Origin: Dehalococcoidia bacterium
GTDB taxonomy: Bacteria > Chloroflexota > Dehalococcoidia > GIF9 > AB-539-J10
Length of the DNA: 35,572 bases
Direction: 5' to 3'
Assembly (NCBI GenBank): GCA_036514775.1
Contig: DATBWO010000019.1
Coordinates: 1 to 35,572, forward strand
Shown here: piece after piece, positions 1 to 9,752 of the stretch
How the letters are laid out: each line of letters begins with the position of its first letter
Position numbering within the stretch: the first letter of the stretch is position 1
Position numbers and translations under genes: made by a program
The notes under the pieces: generated by a model
The model's input: the letters and a program-made list of their open reading frames with translations, nothing else
The model's database searches: none
Told to the model about the DNA's origin: nothing

Positions 1-179
1 TAGACGAGTCGAATTACTGAAGGTATCTGGAATACGAGGTTAGCAGAATGAAGCTCACCTCTGCTATTTTCCAGCACTTCAGCTTTGCCGCGAAACACTA
101 GCACTATGGCCCGACGCGTGCGACATAAGTTAAGGGGCTCATAACTCTGATTAAGCACTAAAACAGGAGAATTTATCAT
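1..179 (-). CDS. HNH endonuclease-family protein, N-terminal fragment (runs off the window)
   Basis: Minus-strand ATG at 179-177 opens MINSPVLVLNQSYEPLNLCRTRRAIVLVFRGKAEVLENSRGELH... and stays open to position 1. The VLVLNxSYEPL...RRAIxLVxxGKAEVL N-terminus is typical of a small bacterial HNH nuclease family. Too short to appear in the ORF track. Confidence 0.5.
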   Translation of the reverse strand, partial: MINSPVLVLNQSYEPLNLCRTRRAIVLVFRGKAEVLENSRGELHSANLVFQIPSVIRLV

Positions 180-377
180 AGCTACAACCTGTTATCAGTG
201 ATTTAGCTATTTTAGCAAGCCTTTCTGACCAATGCAACAGTGCGAATTAGCTGCGTCGGCTCTTTCTAGCTTGGTTTGCCAGACACTGCCTATACCTTAA
301 TCTTCCCCCTTATCCACTCCCAATCAGGCTCACCATGCTCGAAGAAAGACTAACTCTTTTGAGTTGCATTCAATCCC

Positions 378-638
378 TCACTCCCAGACTTCGTCTTCGG
401 CGAGGTCTTCCTCGAGTCCTGATTCGTCGGCCTCGTCCTCCATATAGTTGAAGGGGCCTTCATGCTCGAAGGATTCTTTCCGGTATAAGAAGGGGCGGGA
501 AAAGAGCCTCTTTATCTCGGCGCCGCATTCGGGGCATCTTTTCAACGGTTCATCGTTTATCCCCTGCCTGACCTCGAACCTTCCTTTACATAGTTTGCAA
601 TGAGCACCATTTTTTGATTTATACTCATAAATTGGCAT
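378..638 (-). CDS. FmdB-family zinc-ribbon protein (CxxC...CxxC) with acidic C-terminal tail
   Basis: MPIYEYK... N-terminus, CKLC...CPEC cysteine pairs and an acidic tail (DEADESGLEEDLAEDE) match the FmdB/CxxC_CxxC_SSSS regulatory zinc-ribbon family. Confidence 0.8.
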   Translation of the reverse strand: MPIYEYKSKNGAHCKLCKGRFEVRQGINDEPLKRCPECGAEIKRLFSRPFLYRKESFEHEGPFNYMEDEADESGLEEDLAEDEVWE

Positions 639-641
639 TTT

Positions 642-755
642 ACCCTCACCTCCATCCTCTCCTTTCGAGGGAGAGGAAATTTAGAAGCATTATCTTCAGC
701 AGCATCTCACCTTCACCCTCACCTTAGTCCTCTCCCGTCTAGGGAGAGGAGGTTA
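642..755. repeat. Two tandem copies of a GC-rich palindromic (REP-like) element in the secA-fmdB spacer
   Basis: Copy A (~642-677): accctcacct..cctctcc-tttcgag-ggagagg. Copy B (~706-755): caccctcacct-tagt-cctctccc-gtct-agggagagg. Both share the ccctcacct box and the cctctcc/ggagagg hairpin with the copy at 1293-1343. Confidence 0.75.
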
Positions 756-759
756 ATTA

Positions 760-3414
760 TTATTTCCCGCAGCAGTGCTTGTATTTCTTGCCCGAGCCGC
801 ACGGGCAGGGGTCATTACGCCCAACCCTTTTGCCCGCCATCACCGCTTCCTTCTTTTTTTGTGGAGCTTCCTTGGCAATCCCGACGTGGTAAATGCTATG
901 GGCAACATCGTGCTGAATGCTAGCTAAGAGGGCTTCGAAATAGGCATGCCCCTCTCTCTTATACACTATCAGCGGCTGTTCCTGGCCGACAGCTCGCAGC
1001 CCTATCCCCTGACGCAAATGCTCCATGGCAGTAAGGTGCTCCATCCATAACCGGTCAATAACTCGCAGCATGACCAGCCTCTCCGCCATGCGCATGTTAT
1101 CAGGGCCGAGCTCCTGCTCTCGCTGGTCGTAAAGCTCAATGGCATAATCAGTCAGCTTTTCTGTGATTTGCTGGGCGTCAGATTGAGATTGCTTCGTCCC
1201 GATTGCATCGGGACTCGCAATGACAGGATGCGGGGGCAGGGGGAAGATAGTGGATACATCCTCAAGTAAGCCGGCTAGATTAGATTTCGCCAGTTCACCC
1301 TCACCTTCTTCCTCTCCCTTCAAGGGAGAGGTTAGGTGAGGGCTGCTGAGGCGCTTGGCTACCAGGCTTTGGATTTCATCCCGGACCATAGATGTTATAT
1401 TGGCCTTGAGGTCGGCGCCAGTGAGGACTTTCTTCCTCTCGGCGTAAATCACCTCACGGTGCTTGTTGATGACATCGTCATATTCCACAAGGTGTTTACG
1501 AATATTGAAATGATAGCCTTCGGTCTGGACCTGGGAATTGGTCATAGCCTTATTGACGAAGGGATGCTCAATGGGGGTATTTTCATCCATACCCGCCCAC
1601 TGCATAATGCCCTTAATACGGTCACCGCCAAAGCGGCGAACAATCTCGTCTTCCAGGGAAGCATAAAAGCGAGAACTGCCCGGGTCTCCCTGCCTTCCTG
1701 CCCTTCCCCGGAGCTGATTATCAATGCGCCTGGCTTCGTGGTGCTCGGTACCTACAATGTGAAGCCCGCCCAGCTCAACCACCTTATTATGCTCTTCCTG
1801 CCATTCCGCTTCACCCTGTCCCTCAGGATTGCCACCAAGGATAATATCCACCCCTCGCCCGGCCATATTGGTGGCCACAGTTACCGCCTCGAGACTCCCG
1901 GCCTGGGCGATTATAGCTGCCTCCTTTTCATGATGCTTGGCATTTAACACTTGATGGGGTATGCCATTTCTCGTCAGGAGGTCGGATAAATACTCTGATT
2001 TCTCGATAGAGGTCGTGCCGATAAGAACAGGTCGTCTCTGGTCATGTAATTGCTTGATTTCATTGGTCACGGCGGCAAACTTGGTTTTCTCGTCTTTGTA
2101 AATCTGGTCAGGATATTCAGTACGAATCAAGGGCTTGTTGGTGGGGATAACCACCACTTCCAGCTTATAAATCTTGTGGAACTCCTCGGCTTCCGTGGCG
2201 GCGGTACCGGTCATGCCCGCCAGTTTTTGATACATGCGAAAGTAGTTCTGAAAGGTGATGGTGGCCATGGTAATTGATTCTCGCTGAATCTTTACCCGCT
2301 CTTTGGCCTCGATGGCTTGATGCAATCCTTCAGAATATCTCCGGCCAAACATCAATCTACCCGTGAATTCATCCACGATGATGACCTGTCCATCCTTAAC
2401 CACATAGTCCTTGTCCTTCTTGAACAAGACATATGCCTTAAGGGCGCTCTCCAGATATTGAGTGAGAAAGTAATTAGAGGGGTCATAAAGTTCAGGTGCT
2501 TTGAGCAAGCCTTCCCGCTTCAGCATCTTCTCCATCCTGGTCATGCCAATCTCGGTAAGGCTAGTAGTACGTGTACGCTCGTCAATGGTATAGTCCGCAT
2601 CTTTGCTAAGGTGGGAAACTAACTGGGCGAAGGTGTAATACTTCTGAGTGGCTTCTTCGGCAGCACCGCTGATAATGAGTGGGGTACGGGCTTCGTCGAT
2701 AAGTATGTTATCCACTTCATCGACGATGGCATAGCTCAAGGGACGCTGGACACATTGGGACAAGTCCCAGACCATATTATCTCTGAGGTAATCAAAGCCA
2801 AACTCGTTATTGGTGCCATAAGTTATATCCGCCTCATAAGCCTGGCGGCGGGTGATAGGGCGGAGAAAATTCCACTTCTGGTCTTCCGACTCATAGCTGG
2901 GGTCATAGATATAGGAAGGGGCAGGTTGGCCGGTTGCTTGCTGGGCATTAATGCAGGCCACGTTTATACCCAGGGCGTGGTAGATAGGGCCCATCCAGTG
3001 ACAATCCCGTTTGGCAAGATAATCATTAACGGTAATCAGATGGCTGCCTTGTCCGGTGAGGGCATTGAGGTAGAGAGGCAGGGTAGCTACCAGGGTTTTC
3101 CCCTCACCAGTTTTCATCTCGGCTATCTTCCCCTGGTGAAGGACGATTCCCCCCATTAACTGGACGTCAAAATGCCGCTGTCTTATGGTTCGCTTGGCTG
3201 CTTCTCTAACAGCAGCGTAAGCCTCCGGTAAAATCTCATCCAAGTTTTCACCATCGGCTAGCCGCGCCTTGAATTCATCGGTTTTGGCCCGAAGCTCAGC
3301 ATCGCTGAGCTTTTCCAACTCAGGCTCCAACGAGTTTATGTTATCAACCAGAGGCTGAAGGCGCCTCACTTCTCTCTCGTTGGAATCAACCAGATTGCTA
3401 AGCCACTTAAGCAT
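760..3414 (-). CDS. secA: Preprotein translocase ATPase SecA
   Basis: 884-aa ORF with [14 protein letters not shown] (Walker A), [19 protein letters not shown] (Walker B/DEAD motor) and the C-terminal zinc-binding tail [15 protein letters not shown]. Confidence 0.97.
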   Translation of the reverse strand: MLKWLSNLVDSNEREVRRLQPLVDNINSLEPELEKLSDAELRAKTDEFKARLADGENLDEILPEAYAAVREAAKRTIRQRHFDVQLMGGIVLHQGKIAEMKTGEGKTLVATLPLYLNALTGQGSHLITVNDYLAKRDCHWMGPIYHALGINVACINAQQATGQPAPSYIYDPSYESEDQKWNFLRPITRRQAYEADITYGTNNEFGFDYLRDNMVWDLSQCVQRPLSYAIVDEVDNILIDEARTPLIISGAAEEATQKYYTFAQLVSHLSKDADYTIDERTRTTSLTEIGMTRMEKMLKREGLLKAPELYDPSNYFLTQYLESALKAYVLFKKDKDYVVKDGQVIIVDEFTGRLMFGRRYSEGLHQAIEAKERVKIQRESITMATITFQNYFRMYQKLAGMTGTAATEAEEFHKIYKLEVVVIPTNKPLIRTEYPDQIYKDEKTKFAAVTNEIKQLHDQRRPVLIGTTSIEKSEYLSDLLTRNGIPHQVLNAKHHEKEAAIIAQAGSLEAVTVATNMAGRGVDIILGGNPEGQGEAEWQEEHNKVVELGGLHIVGTEHHEARRIDNQLRGRAGRQGDPGSSRFYASLEDEIVRRFGGDRIKGIMQWAGMDENTPIEHPFVNKAMTNSQVQTEGYHFNIRKHLVEYDDVINKHREVIYAERKKVLTGADLKANITSMVRDEIQSLVAKRLSSPHLTSPLKGEEEGEGELAKSNLAGLLEDVSTIFPLPPHPVIASPDAIGTKQSQSDAQQITEKLTDYAIELYDQREQELGPDNMRMAERLVMLRVIDRLWMEHLTAMEHLRQGIGLRAVGQEQPLIVYKREGHAYFEALLASIQHDVAHSIYHVGIAKEAPQKKKEAVMAGKRVGRNDPCPCGSGKKYKHCCGK
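1293..1343. repeat. Third copy of the palindromic element, inside the secA reading frame
   Basis: ttcaccctcacct-tcttc-ctctccctt-c-aagggagag-gtt-aggtgaggg. The outer 9-bp arms ccctcacct/aggtgaggg and the inner 10-bp arms cctctccctt/aagggagagg are both perfect. It is read in frame by secA as [18 protein letters not shown]. Confidence 0.8.
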
Positions 3415-3574
3415 CGTTTGATAAAACCCTAAACCCTAATTTCTAAGCCCTAAACAAATCCAAAATCTCAATGCTCTAAATCCAGAACCCTCTCCTGCCT
3501 TGGTCATTGGAGTTTTGAGTTTTGATATTGTTTAGTATTTCGTGCTTAGGATTTAGTATTTGCTAACCTCTCTA

Positions 3575-4516
3575 CTATCCCTCAAACATCGCTCCCACTG
3601 ATAAGCCGGTGTGAATGCGATGAATGGCTTCGCCAACAAGCGAAGCTATAGGCAAGACGGTGATCTTGTTCAGTTTCTTATCCTTATTAACAGGTATGGT
3701 ATCGGTAACGACTACCTCTTTCACTGGACTCGTGGCTATCCTCTGGATAGCGGGACCAGAGAAAACGGGGTGACTACAGCAAGCATAAACCTTAGTAACG
3801 CCACGTTCTAAAAGAGCATTCACTACCCCGACCAGAGAACCAGCGGTATCAATCTCATCATCAACGGTCAGGGCACACATTCCCTCAACCTCGCCAATGA
3901 CGTTGAGGGTTTCAGCGGCATCGGCATTTCCCAAGCGCCTCTTTTCAATTATAGCCAGAGGGGCTCCCAGTTTAGCAGCCATATCACGGGCTACCTTGGA
4001 AATACCAATATCAGTAGCAACCACTACCAGGTTACCCAAAGCTTTTTCCTTGAAATACCGAGCCAAGAGGGGCCGAGCGGTGAGTTCATCCACAGGGATG
4101 GTGAAGAATCCTTGAATTTGAGGGGCGTGAAGGTCTACGGTGAGTAATCTATTAGCTCCAGCGGTAGTAATCAGGTCGGCAACCAGGCGAGCAGTGATAG
4201 GAACCCTGGGTTGGTCTTTTTTATCAGTGCGGCTATAGCCATAATAGGGAACGACAGCGGTAATTCGCCCGGCTGAAGCGCGCCTGAAGGCATCGAGCAT
4301 GATAAGTAACTCGACCAGGCTTCTGTTAACTGGAGAGCAGATTGGCTGAATGATAAAAACGTCTCGTTCCCGGACATTCTCGAGAATGCGCACAAAAATG
4401 TTTTCATTGCTAAACTCGAAGACCTCAGCCTCCCCCAGGGGTATGCCTAAGTAATCACACACAGCCCCTGTTAAGGCAGGATGAGCAGTGCCGCTGAACA
4501 CTTTTAATTCGTCCAT
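3575..4516 (-). CDS. prs: Ribose-phosphate pyrophosphokinase (PRPP synthetase)
   Basis: Motifs DLHAPQIQGFF, RTDKKDQPRVPITARLVADL and the PRPP-binding loop VDDEIDTAGS. The ORF is open from GTG 4522, but ATG 4516 has the best spacing to the AAGAGG SD. Confidence 0.93.
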   Translation of the reverse strand: MDELKVFSGTAHPALTGAVCDYLGIPLGEAEVFEFSNENIFVRILENVRERDVFIIQPICSPVNRSLVELLIMLDAFRRASAGRITAVVPYYGYSRTDKKDQPRVPITARLVADLITTAGANRLLTVDLHAPQIQGFFTIPVDELTARPLLARYFKEKALGNLVVVATDIGISKVARDMAAKLGAPLAIIEKRRLGNADAAETLNVIGEVEGMCALTVDDEIDTAGSLVGVVNALLERGVTKVYACCSHPVFSGPAIQRIATSPVKEVVVTDTIPVNKDKKLNKITVLPIASLVGEAIHRIHTGLSVGAMFEG

Positions 4517-4798
4517 CATCACCTCTTAGCTATTTGAATACTGACGTGATTATAGCATGAAATCATCGCTGTTTCCTGAGTAGGGTTAGGAAAAGGTAAT
4601 AGTTTAGTTTTTCCAATAATTTCCCCCTAAGATAAGGGGGATAAAGGGAGTTATGAGCAAGTTAATCTTCGTCCAGGACAGCAAAACCGAAAGATGCTTA
4701 TCCATAACTCTCCCTCGCCCCCTCTTATTCTGAAGAGGGGATGTTACGGAGCCATCTCTTGGAAAAACTTGCCTGTTACATTCGGGGGAAGAGATGTC

Positions 4799-6055
4799 TT
4801 ATGCCAGCCCGGGAATGGGGAACTGTTGGCACATCTCTCGTACTTCCTGGCGGACTTGTTCTTGTGTCCGCTTATCCCCCGAAGGAGAAAGCACTTTGGC
4901 GATGAAAGAAGCGATGCGCTTCATCTCCTCTGTGCCAAAACCTCTGGTGGTCACTGCCGGGGTGCCCAGCCGGATACCGCTTGTAATCAGTGGTGGCTTG
5001 GGGTCAAAGGGAATGGTATTTCTATTTACCGAGATGCCCGCAACCCCTAAGGCTTCCTCAGCATCCTTGCCGCTTATCCCCTGACGGGAAAGGTCAACGG
5101 GGACAATGTGGTTATCCGTGCCCCCGGAAACGATACGCATCCCATATCTCTGGAGTTCGGAAGACAAAACGCGGGCATTCTCCAGCACTGCCTTCTGGTA
5201 ATCAACAAACTCGGGTTGCATAGCTTCAAAGAAGCACACGGCTTTAGCGGCGATGATATGCATGAAAGGACCACCCTGCATCCCGGGGAAAACTGCAGCA
5301 TTAATAGCTGAAGCCAGCTCTTTATCACATAAAATAAAGCCACCACGAGGTCCCCGCAAGGTCTTCTGCGTGGTGGCAGTAGTAACTTGAGCATAGGGCA
5401 CAGGAGAAGGATGAAGTCCAGCGGCTATTATCCCCGCTATGTGAGCCATGTCAACCAATAGCTTGGCACCTACCTTATCAGCTATATAGCGAAGCCTCTC
5501 AAAATCAATAATACGAGAATAACTACTCGCCCCAGCTATTATTAATTTAGGTTTATGCTTCAGAGCTAACCTTCCAATTTCATCGTAGTTGAGCATCTCG
5601 GTTTCAGGATTGACTCCATAAGGGATAAAGTTATACCATTTCCCGGAGAAATTGACCTCAGAGCCATGGGTGAGATGCCCGCCATGGCTGAGGCTCATTC
5701 CCATAACAGTATCTCCGTGTTCCAGTAAAATTGAATAGGCTGCCATGTTGGCTTGACTGCCACTATGAGCCTGGACATTGGCATGTTCGGCTTTAAAGAG
5801 CTTTTTAGCCCTTTCGATAGCCAAACTTTCAATTTCGTCTATGTGAACACAACCGCCATAATAGCGATGCCCGGGGTATCCTTCAGCATATTTGTCAGTT
5901 AGCACCGAGCTTTGGGCCTCAAGCACTGCCCGGCTGGCATGGTTTTCAGAGGCAATAAGATCTATGGTGCTTGCTTGCCTCTCTGCCTCCAGGCTGAGGA
6001 TGTGAGCTACTTTGCTATCACGCTGCGCCAAGGAAAATGCCTTTGCGGTTTTCAC
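4799..6055 (-). CDS. glyA: Serine hydroxymethyltransferase
   Basis: 418 aa with [18 protein letters not shown] and the PLP-lysine region [15 protein letters not shown] start. Confidence 0.96.
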   Translation of the reverse strand: MKTAKAFSLAQRDSKVAHILSLEAERQASTIDLIASENHASRAVLEAQSSVLTDKYAEGYPGHRYYGGCVHIDEIESLAIERAKKLFKAEHANVQAHSGSQANMAAYSILLEHGDTVMGMSLSHGGHLTHGSEVNFSGKWYNFIPYGVNPETEMLNYDEIGRLALKHKPKLIIAGASSYSRIIDFERLRYIADKVGAKLLVDMAHIAGIIAAGLHPSPVPYAQVTTATTQKTLRGPRGGFILCDKELASAINAAVFPGMQGGPFMHIIAAKAVCFFEAMQPEFVDYQKAVLENARVLSSELQRYGMRIVSGGTDNHIVPVDLSRQGISGKDAEEALGVAGISVNRNTIPFDPKPPLITSGIRLGTPAVTTRGFGTEEMKRIASFIAKVLSPSGDKRTQEQVRQEVREMCQQFPIPGLA

Positions 6056-6067
6056 ATTTGCGTTATA

Positions 6068-6096
6068 ATATTACTTGATATTCCATTCTCGGTCAA
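6068..6096 (-). promoter_or_regulatory. Candidate sigma70 promoter for glyA
   Basis: Minus strand reads TTGACC-17 nt-TAATAT. The -10 ends only 12 nt before the GTG start and no SD lies between, implying a very short or leaderless mRNA. Confidence 0.4.
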
Positions 6097-6133
6097 TAAG
6101 AAAAACCCATCAACAGAGGTCTCAACTGTGTCA

Positions 6134-6162
6134 TTGACAGAACGTGTTTACAGTGATAAATT
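6134..6162 (+). promoter_or_regulatory. Candidate sigma70 promoter for hrcA-grpE-dnaK
   Basis: TTGACA (6134-6139), 17-nt spacer, TAAATT (6157-6162), immediately upstream of the CIRCE operator. Confidence 0.55.
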
Positions 6163-6169
6163 AATCTAT

Positions 6170-6196
6170 TTAGCAATTAAAAGGGGAGAGTGCTAA
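6170..6196 (+). promoter_or_regulatory. CIRCE operator (HrcA binding site)
   Basis: TTAGCAATT-N9-GAGTGCTAA against the consensus TTAGCACTC-N9-GAGTGCTAA. The right arm is perfect and the left arm matches 7/9. The element ends on the base before the hrcA ATG and contains its SD (GGGGAG). Confidence 0.85.
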
Positions 6197-7213
6197 ATGG
6201 CTTTAAGGGAAAGAAGAGAAACCGTTCTCAGGGTGATAATCGAAGATTATATCACTGGAGCAGTGCCAGTAGCTTCAAGTGCTATCGTGGCAAAGTACGG
6301 CTTGAAGGTAAGCCCGGCTACCATTCGCAATGATACAGCATACCTGGAACGAGAAGGATATGTTATCCACCCTCACCGTTCGGCCGGAAGCATGCCTACT
6401 GATAAGGCTTACCGCTACTATGTGGAATTGATAGGGGAAGAGATTGAACTTCCTCCTGTTGAGCAGTATCTAATTCATCAGATATCTCAAGAAGCAAAGG
6501 AGGAGCTAGAGCAATGGCTAAAAACGGTGGCAGCACTTTTAGCGCGCCTTGTTCATAACCTGGTAGTAATAACCACCCCCAAAGCGGTTCGCTGTCGCTT
6601 TAAGCATCTCGATTTGGTAGCCTTGCAGGATTTTATGGCTTTGCTGATCGTGGTCTTGTATGAAGCAAAGGTTAGACGGCAGGTCGTATCTTTCAATAGA
6701 AAAGTAAGCCAAGATGAGCTAACAAAGATAGCTAATAAGCTTACTTCTATTTATGGCGGAATGACCAGCAGCGAGATCCTGGTTAAAAAGGAGGGACTTT
6801 CTTCTGAAGAAGGGCAGATATCTCAATATTTAGCAGAAATTATGGCTGCTGAAGACAAGCTAGAATATGGCGAGCCTTATCTTGAAGGATTGTGTTTGCT
6901 GCTGAGTCAACCAGAGTTTACTAGCAATCCTAGAATACTTGGAATTTTAGAAGTGCTGGAAGGGGAGGATTGGCTTAGAAATATATTTTGCCAGGAATCG
7001 AACAAGGGAGGGGTAAAGGTAATCATCGGGGAAGAAAACCCGGAGCCAGCATTACAGGGCTTGAGCTTAATAGCCAGTCAGTATGGTATCCCTGATAAGG
7101 CCAGTGGTATTGTGGGAGTGATTGGTCCCAAACGAATGGACTACGCTAAGGCTATTTCTTCGCTTAGCTGCCTCTCAGCATTGCTAAGCGACACAATGGC
7201 TGAATACATCTAG
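6197..7213 (+). CDS. hrcA: Heat-inducible transcription repressor HrcA
   Basis: N-terminal winged helix (VASSAIVAKYGLKVSPATIRNDTAYLEREGYV), typical length, CIRCE upstream and grpE-dnaK downstream. Confidence 0.94.
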   Translation: MALRERRETVLRVIIEDYITGAVPVASSAIVAKYGLKVSPATIRNDTAYLEREGYVIHPHRSAGSMPTDKAYRYYVELIGEEIELPPVEQYLIHQISQEAKEELEQWLKTVAALLARLVHNLVVITTPKAVRCRFKHLDLVALQDFMALLIVVLYEAKVRRQVVSFNRKVSQDELTKIANKLTSIYGGMTSSEILVKKEGLSSEEGQISQYLAEIMAAEDKLEYGEPYLEGLCLLLSQPEFTSNPRILGILEVLEGEDWLRNIFCQESNKGGVKVIIGEENPEPALQGLSLIASQYGIPDKASGIVGVIGPKRMDYAKAISSLSCLSALLSDTMAEYI

Positions 7214-7226
7214 AGGAGGTACAACG

Positions 7227-7778
7227 GTGGCTGAGAGTGACGAGGTCGTTGAAACAGGAATTGAGCAAGCTGAGGATATCCCGACGAAGTCGGTACAGCA
7301 GGCTCTGGCTGAGGAGAAGGAAAAGGCAGAAAGATATTTAGCCAATTGGCAAAGAAGCCAGGCGGACCTTGAGAATTATGCAAAACGCGCTGAGCAGGAG
7401 AAATCAGAGACAGTTGAGTTTGCTAACAGGATACTTATCTTGGACTTGCTACCTATCCTGGATGATTTTGAGAGAGCACTTGCTGCTCTGCCGGTTGAGC
7501 TTGATGAGCAAGATTGGACTAAAGGTATAAAACTCATCTATAATAAGCTTAAAACTATTTTAGAAGCGGAAGGGCTGGCTGAAATTAAGGCCAAAGGGGA
7601 ATATTTCGATCCCTACTTTCATGAAGCAGCAGGCCAACTAGAAGGGGAAGAGGGCATCATCATAGAAGAAATTCGCAAAGGTTATAAGTTTAGGGATAAG
7701 CTGCTTCGCCCCAGTATGGTCATAGTCGGCACAGGTAAAAAGACTAAGACTCAAGAGGAAAGCTCAGAGGAGAAATAG
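7227..7778 (+). CDS. grpE: Nucleotide exchange factor GrpE
   Basis: Motifs [13 protein letters not shown] and [11 protein letters not shown] start preceded by a GGAGG SD. Confidence 0.94.
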   Translation: MAESDEVVETGIEQAEDIPTKSVQQALAEEKEKAERYLANWQRSQADLENYAKRAEQEKSETVEFANRILILDLLPILDDFERALAALPVELDEQDWTKGIKLIYNKLKTILEAEGLAEIKAKGEYFDPYFHEAAGQLEGEEGIIIEEIRKGYKFRDKLLRPSMVIVGTGKKTKTQEESSEEK

Positions 7779-7779
7779 A

Positions 7780-9675
7780 ATGGCTAAAGCAGTAGGTATC
7801 GACCTAGGAACAACATTGAGCGAGGTCGCTGTTATAGAGGGGGGAAAACCGAAGCTTATCCCCAGCTCGGAAGGCTCTAACTTGTATCCTTCGGTAGTGG
7901 CAATAAGCAAGAATGGGGAGCGGCTGGTAGGGCAAGTAGCTAAACGTCAGTCTATTGTTAACCCGGAAAACACTGTTTATAGTATCAAACGCTTCATGGG
8001 CAGAAAATGGGGGGAACCACCGGGAAGAGAATTACCTGTGGAAGAGGACGCACGCCGCGTCTCTTACAAGACAACTCGCGGTCCCAATAACGAAGTCAAG
8101 GTAGTCATGGGTGGAAAAGAATACACTCCGTCAGAAATATCGGCAATGATATTACAGAAACTAAAAGCCGATGCCGAAGCCTACCTTGGCGACAAAGTGA
8201 CCGAGGCCGTGATTACAGTGCCAGCTTATTTCAATGATAGCCAGCGCCAGGCAACCAAGGATGCCGGCGCAATCGCCGGATTGAATGTCCTTCGTATCAT
8301 TAATGAGCCCACTGCTGCGGCTCTAGCTTACGGTGCAGATACAAAGAAAGAGGGAATAATTGCAGTGTATGACCTTGGTGGAGGCACCTTCGATATCTCT
8401 ATCCTGGAGATAGGGGAAGGGACCTTCCAGGTCAAGTCTACGAGTGGTAATACCCACTTGGGTGGGGATGACTTCGACCAGCGTATTATCGAATGGTTAT
8501 GCAATGAGTTCAAGCGAGACCAAGGAATCGACTTAAGGAACGACCGCATGGCAATGCAGCGTCTTAGAGAAGCAGCAGAACGGGCGAAGATTGAACTTTC
8601 TACAGTGCAACAGACTGAGATAAGCCTTCCTTTTATTACCGCTGATGCCTCGGGACCTAAACACCTTAATATCACCTTGACCCGTTCCAAGTTAGAACAA
8701 CTGGTCATGGATTTGGTGGAGCAGACTCTAGAGCCATGTAGTCAAGCGCTAAAGGACGCTGGACTGACTTCAGGCAAGATTAATGAAGTTCTCCTTGTCG
8801 GCGGTCAAACTAGAATGCCTTTAGTGCAAGAAAAGGTGAAAAAGTTCTTCGGCAAAGAGCCATCGAAGGGAATCAACCCCGACGAGGTTGTAGCCATGGG
8901 GGCTGCCATTCAAGCTGGAGTGCTTAAGGGTGAAGTAGGAGAGGTTCTCCTTCTTGACGTAACTCCACTTACTCTAGGCATAGAAACGTTAGGGGGTGTA
9001 GCTACACCTCTTATTTCCCGCAATACCACTATACCCACTTCAAAGAGCCAGATTTTCAGCACTGCTAGCGATCACCAGTCAAGCGTGGAGATACACGTTC
9101 TGCAAGGGGAACGTCCTATGGCTGCCGATAACCGAACCCTGGGACGTTTCATACTCGATGGCATTCTACCGGCGCCGCGAGGTGTACCACAGATTGAGGT
9201 GACTTTCGATATAGATGCCAATGGCATCCTTAACGTTAGCGCTCGTGATAAGGGCACGGGAAAAGAACAAAAGATTACCATTACTGCCTCGAGCGGGCTG
9301 AACAAGGAAGAAGTGGAGAAGATGAGGCGAGAGGCTGAGCAGCATGCTGCTGAGGATACTAAACGTAAAGAGGAAGTGGAGGTGCGCAATTCTGCTGACA
9401 GCCTGGCTTATACCGCAGAAAAAACCCTCCGTGACTACGGAGATAAGATACCCGCCGATGTAAAGAAGGACGTAGATGCTAAGATAGCCATTGTAAAGTC
9501 GGCTCTTCAAGGGAAGGACGTAAACGCCATTCGTAATGCGATGCAAGAGTTATCGCAGGCTCTGCAGAAAGCTGGGGCGTCGGCTTATCAGCAACCAGGG
9601 CAGCCTCCACCTGGTGGAGAGGAACCTGGCGGTGGAGATGAAGGCACGGTAGAAGGGGAGTTCCGCGAGGTCTAA
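7780..9675 (+). CDS. dnaK: Molecular chaperone DnaK (Hsp70)
   Basis: Motifs [19 protein letters not shown] and [11 protein letters not shown]; 631 aa. Confidence 0.98.
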   Translation: MAKAVGIDLGTTLSEVAVIEGGKPKLIPSSEGSNLYPSVVAISKNGERLVGQVAKRQSIVNPENTVYSIKRFMGRKWGEPPGRELPVEEDARRVSYKTTRGPNNEVKVVMGGKEYTPSEISAMILQKLKADAEAYLGDKVTEAVITVPAYFNDSQRQATKDAGAIAGLNVLRIINEPTAAALAYGADTKKEGIIAVYDLGGGTFDISILEIGEGTFQVKSTSGNTHLGGDDFDQRIIEWLCNEFKRDQGIDLRNDRMAMQRLREAAERAKIELSTVQQTEISLPFITADASGPKHLNITLTRSKLEQLVMDLVEQTLEPCSQALKDAGLTSGKINEVLLVGGQTRMPLVQEKVKKFFGKEPSKGINPDEVVAMGAAIQAGVLKGEVGEVLLLDVTPLTLGIETLGGVATPLISRNTTIPTSKSQIFSTASDHQSSVEIHVLQGERPMAADNRTLGRFILDGILPAPRGVPQIEVTFDIDANGILNVSARDKGTGKEQKITITASSGLNKEEVEKMRREAEQHAAEDTKRKEEVEVRNSADSLAYTAEKTLRDYGDKIPADVKKDVDAKIAIVKSALQGKDVNAIRNAMQELSQALQKAGASAYQQPGQPPPGGEEPGGGDEGTVEGEFREV

Positions 9676-9677
9676 GC

Positions 9678-9698
9678 AATCCCGACTTCATCGGGATT
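9678..9698 (+). terminator. Stem-loop after dnaK (weak terminator candidate)
   Basis: aatcccga-cttca-tcgggatt, a perfect 8-bp stem 2 nt after the stop codon, but with no U-tract. The core cccgactt..tcggg resembles the hairpin core of the TIR repeat family. Confidence 0.35.
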
Positions 9699-9752
9699 AG
9701 CCCCTGATTCCCGGGAAATTGATAACACGAAATTATATTTCTCTTAGGGAGC

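Noticed and set aside
1336-3159. Plus-strand ORFs of 60-203 aa inside secA (1336-1947, 2050-2277, 2317-2622, 2755-3159)
   Set aside because: They are antisense to a full-length, motif-complete secA. They have no recognisable domains or SD sequences, and their composition is typical of shadow ORFs.
3415-3574. Telomere-like CCCTAA(A) repeats (aaaccctaaaccctaa...gccctaaac) and imperfect inverted repeats in the prs-secA spacer
   Set aside because: There are only three short, irregular copies. The inverted symmetry is weak when aligned base by base. This is probably just the AT-rich promoter/leader region of secA, with no support for a defined element.
4620-4751. Two GC hairpins (tccccct-aagat-aaggggga at ~4630-4648; cccctctt-attctg-aagagggg at 4730-4751) and a 26-codon ORF (4653-4733) in the glyA-prs spacer
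   Set aside because: Neither hairpin has a U-tract, so a terminator call is weak. The micro-ORF has a poorly spaced SD and no recognisable features. They are noted as possible structured spacer RNA but not reported as features.
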